Source: Eledone cirrhosa
Lineage: Eukaryota
Length of the DNA stretch: 64,000 bases
NCBI GenBank assembly: GCA_964016885.1
Contig: OZ024741.1
Location: 15,252,001-15,316,000, forward strand
Reading direction: 5' to 3'
Position numbers and translations under genes: made by a program. A model generated the notes under the pieces. It was not told the DNA's origin. It saw only the letters and a list, made by a program, of their open reading frames with translations, and made no database searches. Every line of letters starts with the position of its first letter. The stretch's first letter is position 1. Shown here piece after piece: positions 36,001 through 54,000 of the stretch.

Positions 36001-39000
36001 GAGAATATGACACTAGATAATATGACACTGGATAATATGACACTAGATAATATGACACTAGAAAATATAACACTGGAGAATATAACACTGGAGAATATGA
36101 CACTGGATAATATGACACTGGAGAATATGACACTAGATAATATGACACTGGAGAATATGACACTAGATAATCTGATACTGGAGAAAATGACACGAGAGAA
36201 TATGACACTGGAGAATATGACCCTAGATAATATGACACTGGAGAATATGATACTGGAGAATATGACACTGGAGAATATGACACTGGAGAATATGACAGTA
36301 GATAATATGACACTGGAGAATATGACACTGGATAATATGACACTAGATAATCTGACACTGGAGGATATGACACTGGATAATATGTCACTGGATAATATGA
36401 CACTAGATAATATGACACTGGATAATATGACACTAGATAATATGACACTGGAGAATATGACACTAGATAATATGACACTGGAGAATATGACACTGGAGAA
36501 TATGACACTGGAGAATATGACACTGGAGAATATGACAGTAGATAATATGACACTGGAGAATATGACACTGGAGAATATGACACTGGATAGTATGACACTA
36601 GATAATCTGACACTGGAGGATATGACACTGGATAATATGACTCTGGATAATATGAGACTAGATAATATGACACTGGATAATATGACACTAGATAATATGA
36701 CACTGGAGAATATGACGCTGGAAAATATGACACTGGATAATATGACACTAGATAATATGACACTAGATAATATCACACTAGATAATATCACACTAGATAA
36801 TATGACACTGGATAATATGACACTGGATAATATGACACTGGAGAATATGACACTGGAGAATATGACACTGGAAAATATGACAGTAGATAATATGACACTG
36901 GATAATATGACACTGGAGAATATGACAGTAGATAATATGACACTGGAGAATATGACAGTAGATAATATGACACTTGATAATATGACACTGGATAATATGA
37001 CACTGGAGAATATGACAGTAGATAATATGACACTGGATAATATGACACTGGAGAATTTGATATTAGATAATATGACACTGGATAATGTGACACTGGAGAA
37101 TATGACACTGGAGGATATGACACTAGATAATATGACACTGGAGAATATGACACTGGAGAATATGACACTGGATAATATGACACTAGATAATATGACACTA
37201 GATAATATGACACTGGAGAATATGACACTGGATAATATGAAACTGGATAATATGACACTAGATAATATGACACTGGATAATATGACACTGGAGAATATGA
37301 CACTGGAGAATATGACACTGGATAATATGACACTAGATAATATAACACTGGAGAATATGACACGAGAGAATATGACACTGGAGAATATGACACTAGCTAA
37401 TATGACACTGGAAAATATGACACTGGAGAATAAGACACAGGAGAATATGACACTAGAAAATATGACACTGGAGAATATGACACTGCAGTATATGACAATG
37501 GAGAATATGACACTGGATAATATGACACGGCATAATATGACACTGGGGAATATGACACTGCAGAATATGACACTGGAGAATATGACAGTAGATAATATGA
37601 CACTGGAGAATATGACACTGGAGAATATGACACTGGATAATATGACACTGGAGAATATGACAGTAGATAATATGACACTGGATAATATGACACTGGATAA
37701 TATGACACTGGATAATATGACACCAGATAATATGACACTAGATAATATGACACTAGACAATATGACACTGGAGAATATGACACTGGAGAATATGACACTG
37801 GGGAATATGACACTGGATAATATGACACTGGAGAATGTGACACTAGATAATCTGACACTGGAGAATATGACACTAGATAATATGACACTGGAGAATATGA
37901 TACTAGATAATATGACACTGGAGAATATGACACTAGATAATATGACACTGCAGAATATGACACTGGTGAATATGACACTGGAGAATATGACACTGGAGAA
38001 TATGACAGTAGATAATATGACACTGGAGAATATGACACTGGAGAATATGACACTGGATAATATGACAGTAGATAATATGACAGTAGATAATATGACACTA
38101 GATAACATGACACTATATAATATGACACTGGATATTATGACACTGTAGAATATGACACTGGAGATTATGACATTAGATAATATGACACTAGATAATATGA
38201 CAGTAGAAAATTTTGACACTAGATAATATGACACTGCAGAATATGACACTGGAGAATATGACACTGGATAATATGACACTGGATAATATGACAATAGATA
38301 ATATGACACTGGATAATATGACACTGGAGAATATTACACTGGAGAACATGACACTGGAGAATATGACAGTAGATAATATGACACTGGAGAATATGACACT
38401 GGAGAATATGTGTCTGGATAATATGACACTAGATAATATAACACTGGAGAATATGACACGAGAGAATATGACACTGGAGAATATGACACTAGCTAATATG
38501 ACACTGGAAAATATGACACTGGAGAATAAGACACTGGAGAATATGACACTAGAAAATATGACACTGGAGAATATGACACTGCAGTATATGACACTGGAGA
38601 ATATGACACTGGATAAAATGACACTGCATAATATGACACTGGGGAATATGACACTGGAGAATATGACACTGGAGTATATAACAGTAGATAATATGACACT
38701 GGAGAATATGACACTGGAGAATATGACACTGGATAGTATGACACTGGAGAATATGACAGTAGATAATATGACACTGGATAATATGACACTGGATAATATG
38801 ACACTGGATAATATGACACCAGATAATATGACACTAGATAATATGACACTAGACAATATGACACTGGAGAATATGACACTGGATAATATGACACTAGATA
38901 ATATGACACTGGAGAATATGACACTGGGGAATATGACACTGGATAATATGACACTGGAGAATATGACACTGGAGAATATGACACTGGATAATATGACACT

Positions 39001-42000
39001 GGAGAATATGACAATAGATAATATGACACTAGAAAATATGACACTGGAGAATATGACATTGGATATTATGACACTGGATAATATGAAACTGGATAATATG
39101 ACACTGGAGAATATGACACTGGATAATATGACACTGGATAATATGACACTGGATATTATGACACTGGATAATATGAAACTAGATAATATGACACTGGAGA
39201 ATATGACACTAGAAAATATGACACTGGAGAATAATCCACTGGATAATATGACACTAGATAATATGACAATGGAGAATATGACACTGTAGAGTATGACACT
39301 GGATAATATGACACTGGATAATATGACACTGGAGAATATGACACTGGAGAATATGACACTGGAGTATATGACAGTAGATAATATGACACTGGAGAATATG
39401 ACACTAGATAATATGACACTGGATAATATGACACTAGATAATATGACACTGGAGAATATGACACTGAAGGATATGACACTGGAGAATATGACACTGGATA
39501 AAATGAGACTGGAGAATATGACACTGGATAATATGACACTGGAGAATATGACAGTAGATAATATGACACTGGATAATATGACACTGGATAATATGACACT
39601 GGATAATATGACACTGGAGAATATGACAGTAGATAATATGACACTGCATAATATGACACTGGATAATATGACACTGGAGAATATGACAGTAGATAATATG
39701 ACACTGGATAATATGACACTGGAGAATATGACATTAGATAATATGACACTGGATAATGTGACACTGGAGAATATGACACTGGAGGATATGACACTAGATA
39801 ATATGACACTAGATAATATGACACTGGATAATATGACACTGGAGAATATGACACTAGATAATATGTCACTGGAGAATATGACAGTAGATAATATGACACT
39901 GGAAAATATGACACTGGATAATATGACACTGGATATTATGTCACTGGATAATATGACAGTAGATAATATGACACTGGAGAATATGACACTGGAGAATATA
40001 ATACTGGAGAATATGACACTGGAGAATATGACAGTAGATAATATGACAGTGGATAATATGACACTAGATAATATGACACTGGATAATATGACACTGGATA
40101 ATATGACACTGGAGAATATGACACTAGATAATATGACACTGGATAATATGACACTAGATAATATGACACTGGAGAATATGACACTGGAGAATATGAGACT
40201 GGATAATATGACACTAGATAAGATGACGCTAGATATTATGACACTGGAGAATATGACACTGGATAATATGACACTGGAGAATATGACACTGGAGAATATG
40301 ACAGTAGATAATATGACTCTGGATAATATGACACCAGATAATATGACAGTAGATAATATGACACTAGATAATATGAAACTAGATAATATGACAGTAGATA
40401 ATATAAAACTGGATATTATGACACTGGATAATATGACACTGGATAATATGACACTGGATATTATGACACTGGATAATATGACACTAGATAATATGACACT
40501 GGAGAATATGACACTAGATAATATGACACTGGAGAATATGACACTGTAGAATATGACACTGGATAATATGACACTGGATAATATGACACTGGAGAATATG
40601 ACACTGGAGAATATGACACTGGAGTATATGACAGTAGATAATATGACACTGGAGAATATGACACTAGATAATATGACACTGGATAATATGACACTAGATA
40701 ATATGACACTGGAGAATATGACACTGAAGGATATGACACTGGAGAATATGACACTGGATAAAATGAGACTGGAGAATATGACACTGGATAATATGACACT
40801 GGAGAATATGACAGTAGATAATATGACACTGGATAATATGACACTGGATAATATGACACTGGATAATATGACACTGGATAATATGACACTGGATATTATG
40901 ACCCTAGATAATATGACACTAGAGAATATGACACTGGAGAATATAACACTTGATAATATGACCCTGGAGAATATGACACTAGATAATATGACACTGGATA
41001 ATATGACACTAGATAATATGACACTAGAAAATATAACACTGGAGAATATAACACTGGAGAATATGACACTGGATAATATGACACTGGAGAATATGACACT
41101 AGATAATATGACACTGGAGAATATGACACTAGATAATCTGACACTGGAGAAAATGACACGAGAGAATATGACACTGGAGAATATGACCCTAGATAATATG
41201 ACACTGGAGAATATGATACTGGAGAATATGACACTGGAGAATATGACACTGGAGAATATGACAGTAGTTAATATGACACTGGAGAATATGACACTGGATA
41301 ATATGACACTAGATAATCTGACACTGGAGGATATGACACTGGATAATATGTCACTGGATAATATGACACTAGATAATATGACACTGGATAATATGACACT
41401 AGATAATATGACACTGGAGAATATGACACTGGATAATATGACACTGGATAATATGACACTGGAGAATATGACATTGGATAATATGACACTAGTTAATATG
41501 ACACTAGATAATATGACACTGGAGAATATGACTCTGGAGAATATGACACTGGAGAATATGACACTGGAGAATATGACACTGGAGAATATGACACTAGATA
41601 ATATGACACTGGAGAATATGACACTGGAGAATATGACACTGGATAATATGACACTAGATAATATGACACTAGATAATATGACACTGGAGAATATGACAGT
41701 AGATAATATGACACTGGATAATATGACACTGGATAGTATGACACTGGATAATATGACACTGGATAATATGACACTGGATATTATGACCCTAGATAATATA
41801 ACACTAGAGAATATGACACTGGAGAATATAACACTTGATAATATGACCCTGGAGAATATGACACTAGATAATATGACACTGGATAATATTACACTAGATA
41901 ATATGACACTAGAAAATAAAACACTGGAGAATATAACACTGGAGAATATGACACTGGATAATATGACACTGGAGAATATGACAGTAGATAATATGACACT

Positions 42001-45000
42001 GGATAATATGACACTGGATAATATGACACTGGAGAATATGACCCTAGATAATATGACACTGGAGAATATGATACTGGAGAATATGACACTGGAGAATATG
42101 ACACTGGAGAATATGACACTGGAGAATATGACACTGGGTAATATGACACTGGAGAATATGACAGTAGATAATATGACACTGGATAATATGACACTGGATA
42201 ATATGACACTGGATAATATGACACCAGATAATATGACACTAGATAATATGACACTAGACAATATGACACTGGAGAATATCACACTGGAGAATATGACACT
42301 GGGGAATATAAAACTGGATAATATGACACTGGAGAATATGACACTGGAGAATATGACACGAGATAATATGACACTGGAGAATATGACAATAGATAATATG
42401 ACACTAGAAAATATGACACTGGAGAATATGACACTGGATATTATGACACTGGATAATATGACACTGGATAATATGACACTGGATATTATGACACTGGATA
42501 ATATGACACTAGATAATATGACACTGGAGAATATGACACTAGAAAATATGACACTGGAGAATATGACACTGGATAATATGACACTGGAGAATATGACACT
42601 GTAGAATATGACACTGGATAATATGACACTGGATAATATGACACTGGAGAATATGACACTGGAGAATATGACACTGGAGTATATGACAGTAGATAATATG
42701 ACACTGGAGAATATGACACTAGATAATATGACACTGGATAATATGACACTAGATAATATGACACTGGAGAATATGACACTGAAGGATATGACACTGGAGA
42801 ATATGACACTGGATAAAATGAGACTGGAGAATATGACACTGGATAATATGACACTGGAGAATATGACAGTAGATAATATGACACTGGATAATATGACACT
42901 GGATAATATGACACTGGATAATATGACACTGGATAATATGACACTGGATATTATGACCCTAGATAATATGACACTAGAGAATATGACACTGGAGAATATA
43001 ACACTTGATAATATGACCCTGGAGAATATGACACTAGATAATATGACACTGGATAATATGACACTAGATAATATGACACTAGAAAATATAACACTGGAGA
43101 ATATAACACTGGAGAATATGACACTGGATAATATGACACTGGAGAATATGACACTAGATAATATGACACTGGAGAATATGACACTAGATAATCTGACACT
43201 GGAGAAAATGACACGAGAGAATATGACACTGGAGAATATGACCCTAGATAATATGACACTGGAGAATATGATACTGGAGAATATGACACTGGATAATCTG
43301 ACACTGGAGGATATGACACTGGATAATATGTCACTGGATAATATGACACTAGATAATATGACACTGGATAATATGACACTAGATAATATGACACTGGAGA
43401 ATATGACACTAGATAATATGACACTGGAGAATATGACACTGGAGAATATGACACTGGAGAATATGACACTGGAGAGTATGATACTGGATAGTATGACACT
43501 GGAGAATATGACAGTAGATAATATGACACTGGATAATATGACACTGGATAATATGACACCAGATAATATGACACTAGATAATATGACACTAGACAATATG
43601 ACACTGGAGAATATGACACTGGATAATATGACACTAGATAATATGACACTGGAGAATATGACACTGGGGAATATGACACTGGATAATATGACACTGGAGA
43701 ATATGACACTGGAGAATATGACACTGGATAATATGACACTGGAGAATATGACAATAGATAATATGACACTAGAAAATATGACACTGGAGAATATGACACT
43801 GGATATTATGACACTGGATAATATGAAACTGGATAATATGACACTGGAGAATATGACACTGTATAATATGACACTGGATAATATGACACTGGATAATATG
43901 ACACTGGATATTATGACAATGGATAATATGAAACTAGATAATATGACACTGGAGAATATGACACTAGAAAATATGACACTGGAGAATATGACACTGGATA
44001 ATATGACACTAGATAATATGACAATGGAGAATATGACACTGTAGAGTATGACACTGGATAATATGACACTGGATAATATGACACTGGAGAATATGACACT
44101 GGAGAATATGACACTGGAGTATATGACAGTAGATAATATGACACTGGAGAATATGACACTAGATAATATGACACTGGATAATATGACACTAGATAATATG
44201 ACACTGGAGAATATGACACTGAAGGATATGACACTGGAGAATATGACACTGGATAAAATGAGACTGGAGAATATGACACTGGATAATATGACACTGGAGA
44301 ATATGTCAGTAGATAATATGACACTGGATAATATGACACTGGATAATATGACACTGGATAATATGACACTGGAGAATATGACAGTAGATAATATGACACT
44401 GGATAATATGACACTGGATAATATGACACTGGAGAATATGATAGTAGATAATATGACACTGGATAATATGACACTGGAGAATATGACATTAGATAATATG
44501 ACACTGGATAATGTGACACTGGAGAATATGACACTGGAGGATATGACACTAGATAATATGACACTAGATAATATGACACTGGATAATATGACACTGGAGA
44601 ATATGACACTAGATAATATGTCACTGGAGAATATGACAGTAGATAATATGACACTGGAAAATATGACACTGGATAATATGACACTGGATATTATGTCACT
44701 GGATAATATGACAGTAGATAATATGACACTGGAGAATATGACACTGGAGAATATAATACTGGAGAATATGACACTGGAGAATATGACAGTAGATAATATG
44801 ACAGTGGATAATATGACACTAGATAATATGACACTGGATAATATGACACTGGAGAATATGACACTGTATAATATGACACTGGATAATATGACACTGGATA
44901 ATATGACACTGGATATTATGACACTGGATAATATGAAACTAGATAATATGACACTGGAGAATATGACACTAGAAAATATGACACTGGAGAATATGACACT

Positions 45001-48000
45001 GGATAATATGACACTAGATAATATGACAATGGAGAATATGACACTGTAGAGTATGACACTGGATAATATGACACTGGATAATATGACACTGGAGAATATG
45101 ACACTGGAGAATATGACACTGGAGTATATGACAGTAGATAATATGACACTGGAGAATATGACACTAGATAATATGACACTGGATAATATGACACTAGATA
45201 ATATGACACTCGAGAATATGACACTGAAGGATATGACACTGGAGAATATGACACTGGATAAAATGAGACTGGAGAATATGACACTGGATAATATGACACT
45301 GGAGAATATGACAGTAGATAATATGACACTGGATAATATGACACTGGATAATATGACACTGGATGATATGACACTCGAGAATATGACAGTAGATAATATG
45401 ACACTGGATAATATGACACTGGATAATATGACACTGGAGAATATGACAGTAGATAATATGACACTGGATAATATGACACTGGAGAATATGACATTAGATA
45501 ATATGACACTGGATAATGTGACACTGGAGAATATGACACTGGAGGATATGACACTAGATAATATGACACTAGATAATATGACACTGGATAATATGACACT
45601 GGAGAATATGACACTAGATAATATGTCACTGGAGAATATGACAGTAGATAATATGACACTGGAAAATATGACACTGGATAATATGACACTGGATATTATG
45701 TCACTGGATAATATGACAGTAGATAATATGACACTGGAGAATATGACACTGGAGAATATAATACTGGAGAATATGACACTGGAGAATATGACAGTAGATA
45801 ATATGACAGTGGATAATATGACACTAGATAATATGACACTGGATAATATGACACTGGATAATATGACACTGGAGAATATGACACTAGATAATATGACACT
45901 GGATAATATGACACTAGATAATATGACACTGGAGAATATGACACTGGAGAATATGAGACTGGATAATATGACACTAGATAAGATGACGCTAGATATTATG
46001 ACACTGGAGAATATGACACTGGATAATATGACACTGGAGAATATGACACTGGAGAATATGACAGTAGATAATATGACTCTGGATAATATGACACCAGATA
46101 ATATGACAGTAGATAATATGACACTAGATAATATGAAACTAGATAATATGACAGTAGATAATATAAAACTGGATATTATGACACTGGATAATATGACACT
46201 GGATAATATGACACTGGATATTATGACACTGGATAATATGACACTAGATAATATGACACTGGAGAATATGACACTAGATAATATGACACTGGAGAATATG
46301 ACACTGGAGAATATGACACTGGAGTATATGACAGTAGATAATATGACACTGGAGAATATGACACTAGATAATATGACACTGGATAATATGACACTAGATA
46401 ATATGACACTGGAGAATATGACACTGAAGGATATGACACTGGAGAATATGACACTGGATAAAATGAGACTGGAGAATATGACACTGGATAATATGACACT
46501 GGAGAATATGACAGTAGATAATATGACACTGGATAATATGACACTGGATAATATGACACTGGATAATATGACACTGGATAATATGACACTAGATATTATG
46601 ACCCTAGATAATATGACACTAGAGAATATGACACTGGAGAATATAACACTTGATAATATGACCCTGGAGAATATGACACTAGATAATATGACACTGGATA
46701 ATATGACACTAGATAATATGACACTAGAAAATATAACACTGGAGAATATAACACTGGAGAATATGACACTGGATAATATGACACTGGAGAATATGACACT
46801 AGATAATATGACACTGGAGAATATGACACTAGATAATCTGACACTGGAGAAAATGACACGAGAGAATATGACACTGGAGAATATGACCCTAGATAATATG
46901 ACACTGGAGAATATGATACTGGAGAATATGATACTGGAGAATATGACACTGGAGAATATGACACTGGAGAATATGACAGTAGATAATATGACACTGGAGA
47001 ATATGACACTGGATAATATGACACTAGATAAACTGACACTGGAGGATATGACACTGGATAATATGTCACTGGATAATATGACACTAGATAATATGACACT
47101 GGATAATATGACACTAGATAATATGACACTGGAGAATATGACACTGGATAATATGACACTGGATAATATGACACTGGAGAATATGACACTGGATAATATG
47201 ACACTAGTTAATATGACACTAGATAATATGACACTGGAGAATATGACTCTGGAGAATATGACACTGGAGAATATGACACTGGAGAATATGACACTGGAGA
47301 ATATGACACTAGATAATATGACACTGGAGAATATGACACTGGAGAATATGACACTGGATAATATGACACTAGATAATATGACACTAGATAATATGACACT
47401 GGAGAATATGACAGTAGATAATATGACACTGGATAATATGACACTGGATAATATGACACTGGATAATATGACACTGGATAATATGACACTGGATATTATG
47501 ACCCTAGATAATATGACACTAGAGAATATGACACTGGAGAATATAACACTTGATAATATGACCCTGGAGAATATGACACTAGATAATATGACACTGGATA
47601 ATATGACACTAGATAATATGACACTAGAAAATATAACACTGGAGAATATAACACTGGAGAATATGACACTGGATAATATGACACTGGAGAATATGACACT
47701 AGATAATATGACACTGGAGAATATGACACTAGATAATCTGACACTGGAGAAAATGACACGAGAGAATATGACACTGGAGAATATGACCCTAGATAATATG
47801 ACACTGGAGAATATGATACTGGAGAATATGACACTGGAGAATATGACACTGGAGAATATGACACTGGAGAATATGACACTGGATAATATGACACTGGAGA
47901 ATATGACAGTAGATAATATGACACTGGATAATATGACACTGGATAATATGACACTGGATAATATGACACCAGATAATATGACACTAGATAATATGACACT

Positions 48001-51000
48001 AGACAATATGACACTGGAGAATATGACACTGGAGAATATGACACTGGGGAATATGACACTGGATAATATGACACTGGAGAATATGACACTGGAGAATATG
48101 ACACGAGATAATATGACACTGGAGAATATGACAATAGATAATATGACACTAGAAAATATGACACTGGAGAATATGACACTGGATATTATGACACTGGATA
48201 ATATGACACTGGATAATATGACACTGGATATTATGACACTGGATAATATGACACTAGATAATATGACACTGGAGAATATGACACTAGAAAATATGACACT
48301 GGAGAATATGACACTGGATAATATGACACTAGATAATATGACACTGGAGAATATGACACTGTAGAATATGACACTGGATAATATGACACTGGATAATATG
48401 ACACTGGAGAATATGACACTGGAGAATATGACACTGGAGTATATGACAGTAGATAATATGACACTGGAGAATATGACACTAGATAATATGACACTGGATA
48501 ATATGACACTAGATGATATGACACTGGAGAATATGACACTGAAGGATATGACACTGGAGAATATGACACTGGATAAAATGAGACTGGAGAATATGACACT
48601 GGATAATATGACACTGGAGAATATGACAGTAGATAATATGACACTGGATAATATGACACTGGATAATATGACACTGGATAATATGACACTGGATAATATG
48701 ACACTGGATATTATGACCCTAGATAATATGACACTAGAGAATATGACACTGGAGAATATAACACTTGATAATATGACCCTGGAGAATATGACACTAGATA
48801 ATATGACACTGGATAATATGACACTAGATAATATGACACTAGAAAATATAACACTGGAGAATATAACACTGGAGAATATGACACTGGATAATATGACACT
48901 GGAGAATATGACACTAGATAATATGACACTGGAGAATATACACTAGATAATCTGACACTGGAGAAAATGACACGAGAGAATATGACACTGGAGAATATGA
49001 TACTGGAGAATATGACACTGGATAATCTGACACTGGAGGATATGACACTGGATAATATGTCACTGGATAATATGACACTAGATAATATGACACTGGATAA
49101 TATGACAGTAGATAATATGACACTGGAGAATATGACACTCGATAATATGACACTAGATAATATGACACTGGAGAATATGACGCTGGAAAATATGACACTG
49201 GATAATATGACACTAGATAATATGACACTAGATAATATCACACTAGATAATATCACACTAGATAATATGACACTGGATAATATGACACTGGATAATATGA
49301 CACTGGAGAATATGACACTGGAGAATATGACACTGGAAAATATGACAGTAGATAATATGACACTGGATAATATGACACTGGAGAATATGACAGTAGATAA
49401 TATGACACTTGATAATATGACACTGGATAATATGACACTGGAGAATATGACAGTAGATAATATGACACTGGATAATATGACACTGGAGAATTTGACATTA
49501 GATAATATGACACTGGATAATGTGACACTGGAGAATATGACACTGGAGGATATGACACTAGATAATATGACACTGGAGAATATGACACTGGAGAATATGA
49601 CACTGGATAATATGACACTAGATAATATGACACTAGATAATATGACACTGGAGACTATGACACTGGATAATATGAAACTGGATAATATGACACTAGATAA
49701 TATGACACTGGATAATATGACACTGGAGAATATGACACTGGAGAATATGACACTGGATAATATGACACTAGATAATATAACACTGGAGAATATGACACGA
49801 GAGAATATGACACTGGAGAATATGACACTAGCTAATATGACACTGGAAAATATGACACTGGAGAATAAGACACAGGAGAATATGACACTAGAAAATATGA
49901 CACTGGAGAATATGACACTGCAGTATATGACACTGGAGAATATGACACTGGATAATATGACACTGCATAATATGACACTGGGGAATATGACACTGGAGAA
50001 TATGACACTGGAGAATATGACAGTAGATAATATGACACTGGAGAATATGACACTGGAGAATATGACACTGGATAATATGACACTGGAGAATATGACAGTA
50101 GATAATATGACACTGGATAATATGACACTGGATAATATGACACTGGATAATATGACACCAGATAATATGACACTAGATAATATGATACTAGACAATATGA
50201 CACTGGAGAATATGACACTGGAGAATATGACACTGGGGAATATGACACTGGATAATATGACACTGGAGAATATGACACTGGAGAATATGACACTAGATAA
50301 TATGACACTGGAGAATATGACAATAGATAATATGACACTAGAAAATATGACACTGGAGAATATGACACTGGATATTATGACACTGGATAATATGACACTG
50401 GATAATATGACACTGGATATTATGACACTGGATAATATGACACTAGATAATATGACACTGGAGAATATGACACTAGAAAATATGACACTGGAGAATATGA
50501 CACTGGATAATATGACACTAGATAATATGACACTGGAGAATATGACACTGTAGAATATGACACTGGATAATATGACACTGGATAATATGACACTGGAGAA
50601 TATGACACTGGAGAATATGACACTGGAGTATATGACAGTAGATTATATTTCACTGGAGAATATGACACTAGATAATATGACACTGGATAATATGACACTA
50701 GATAATATGACACTGGAGAATATGACACTGAAGGATATGACACTGGAGAATATGACACTGGATAAAATGAGACTGGAGAATATGACACTGGATAATATGA
50801 CACTGGAGAATATGACAGTAGATAATATGACACTGGATAATATGACACTGGATAATATGACACTGGATAATATGACACTGGATAATATGACACTGGATAT
50901 TATGACCCTAGATAATATGACACTAGAGAATATGACACTGGAGAATATAACACTTGATAATATGACCCTGGAGAATATGACACTAGATAATATGACACTG

Positions 51001-54000
51001 GATAATATGACACTAGATAATATGACACTATAAAATATAACACTGGAGAATATAACACTGGAGAATATGACACTGGATAATATGACACTGGAGAATATGA
51101 CACTAGATAATATGACACTGGAGAATATGACACTAGATAATCTGACACTGGAGAAAATGACACGAGAGAATATGACACTGGAGAATATGACCCTAGATAA
51201 TATGACACTGGAGAATATGATACTGGAGAATATGACACTGGAGAATATGACACTGGAGAATATGACAGTAGATAATATGACACTGGAGAATATGACACTG
51301 GAGAATATGACGCTGGAAAATATGACACTGGATAATATGACACTAGATAATATGACACTAGATAATATCACACTAGATAATATCACACTAGATAATATGA
51401 CACTGGATAATATGACACTGGATAATATGACACTGGAGAATATGACACTGGAGAATATGACACTGGAAAATATGACAGTAGATAATATGACACTGGATAA
51501 TATGACACTGGAGAATATGACAGTAGATAATATGACACTGGAGAATATGACAGTAGATAATATGACACTTGATAATATGACACTGGATAATATGACACTG
51601 GAGAATATGACAGTAGATAATATGACACTGGATAATATGACACTGGAGAATTTGACATTAGATAATATGACACTGGATAATGTGACACTGGAGAATATGA
51701 CACTGGAGGATATGACACTAGATAATATGACACTAGATAATATGACACTGGATAATATGACACTGGAGAATATGACACTAGATGATATGTCACTGGAGAA
51801 TATGACAGTAGATAATATGACACTGGATAATATGACACTGGATAATATGACACTGGATATTATGTCACTGGATAATATGACAGTAGATAATATGACACTG
51901 GAGAATATGACACTGGAGAATATAATACTGGAGAATATGACACTGGAGAATATGACAGTAGATAATATGACAGTGGATAATATGACACTTGATAATATGA
52001 CACTGGATAATATGACACTGGATAATATGACACTGGAGAATATGACACTAGATAATATGACACTGGAGAATATGACACTAGATAATATGACACTGGATAA
52101 TATGACACTAGATAATATGACACTGGAGAATATGACACTGGAGAATATGAGACTGGATATTATGACACTAGATAAGATGATGCTAGATATTATGACACTG
52201 GAGAATATGACACTGGATAATATGACACTGGAGAATATGACACTGGAGAATATGACAGTAGATAATATGACTCTGGATAATATGACACTAGATAATATGA
52301 CAGTAGATAATATGACACTAGATAATATGACACTAGATAATATGACACTAGATAATATGACAGTAGATAATATGACACTAGATAATATGACACTGCAGAA
52401 TATGACACTGGATAATATGACACTGGAGAATATGTCACTGGAGAATATGACAGTAGATAATATGACCCTAGATAATATAACACTGGAGAATATGACACTG
52501 GAGAATATGACACTGGATAATATGACCCTGGAGAATATGACACTAGATAATATGACACTGGATAATATGACACTAGATAATATGACACTAGAAAATATGA
52601 CACTGGAGAATATGACACTGGAGAATATGACACTGGATAATATGACACTGGAGAATATGACAGTAGATAATATGACACTGGATAATATGACACTGGATAA
52701 TATGACACTGGATAATATGACCCTGGAGAATATGACACTAGATAATATGACACTGGAGAATATGACACTAGATAATATGACCCTAGATAATATGACACTG
52801 GAGAATATGACACTGCAGAATATGACACTGGATAATATGACACTGGATAATATGACACTGGAGAATATGACACTGGATAATATGACACTAGATAATATGA
52901 CACTTGATAATATGACACTGGAGAATATGACTCTGGAGAATATGACACTGGAGAATATGACACTGGAGAATATGACACTGGAGAATATGACACTAGATAA
53001 TATGACACTGGAGAATATGACACTGGAGAATATGACACTGGATAATATGACACTAGATAATATGACACTAGATAATATGACACTGGAGAATATGACACTG
53101 GATAATATGAAACTGGATAATATGACTCTAGATAATATGACACTAGATAATATGACACTGGAGAATATGACTCTGGACAATATGACACTGGATAATATGA
53201 CACTAGATAATATGACACTGGAGAATATGACACTAGATAATATGACACTGGAGAATATGACACTGGACAATATGACACTGGATAATATGACACTGGAGAA
53301 TATGACACTGGAGAATATGACACTGGAGTATATGACACTGGATAATATGACACTAGATAATATGACACTAGATAATATGACACTGGATAATATGACACTA
53401 GATAATATGACACTGGAGAATATGACACTGGACAATATAACACTGGATAATATGACACTAGATAATATGACACTGGATAATATTACACTAGATAATATGA
53501 CACTAGATAATATGACACTGGAAAATATGACACTGGAGAATATGACACTAGATAATATGACACTGGAGAATATGACACTGGAGAATATGACACTGGAGAA
53601 TATGACACTGGAGAATATGACACTAGATAATATGAGACTGGAGAATATGACACTGGAGAATATGACACTAGATAATATGACACTGGAGAATATGACACTA
53701 GATAATATGAGACTGGAGAATATGAGACTGGAGAATATGACACTGGAGAATATGACACTGGAGAATATGACACTAGATAATATGACACTGGAGAATATGA
53801 CACTGGAGAATATGACACTAGATAATATGACACTGGAGAATATGACACTGGACAATATAACACTGGATAATATGACACTAGATAATATGACACTAGATAA
53901 TATGACAGTAGATAATATGACACTATTTAATATGACACTAGATAATATGACACTAGATAATATGACACTAGATAATATGACACTATATAATATGACACTG

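Noticed and set aside
27942-48006. 3460-aa and 3272-aa minus-strand ORFs (SSVIL/SSVIF repeats)
   Set aside because: The 15-bp monomer has no stop in that frame; ORF ends coincide with monomer indels; there are no non-repetitive domains.
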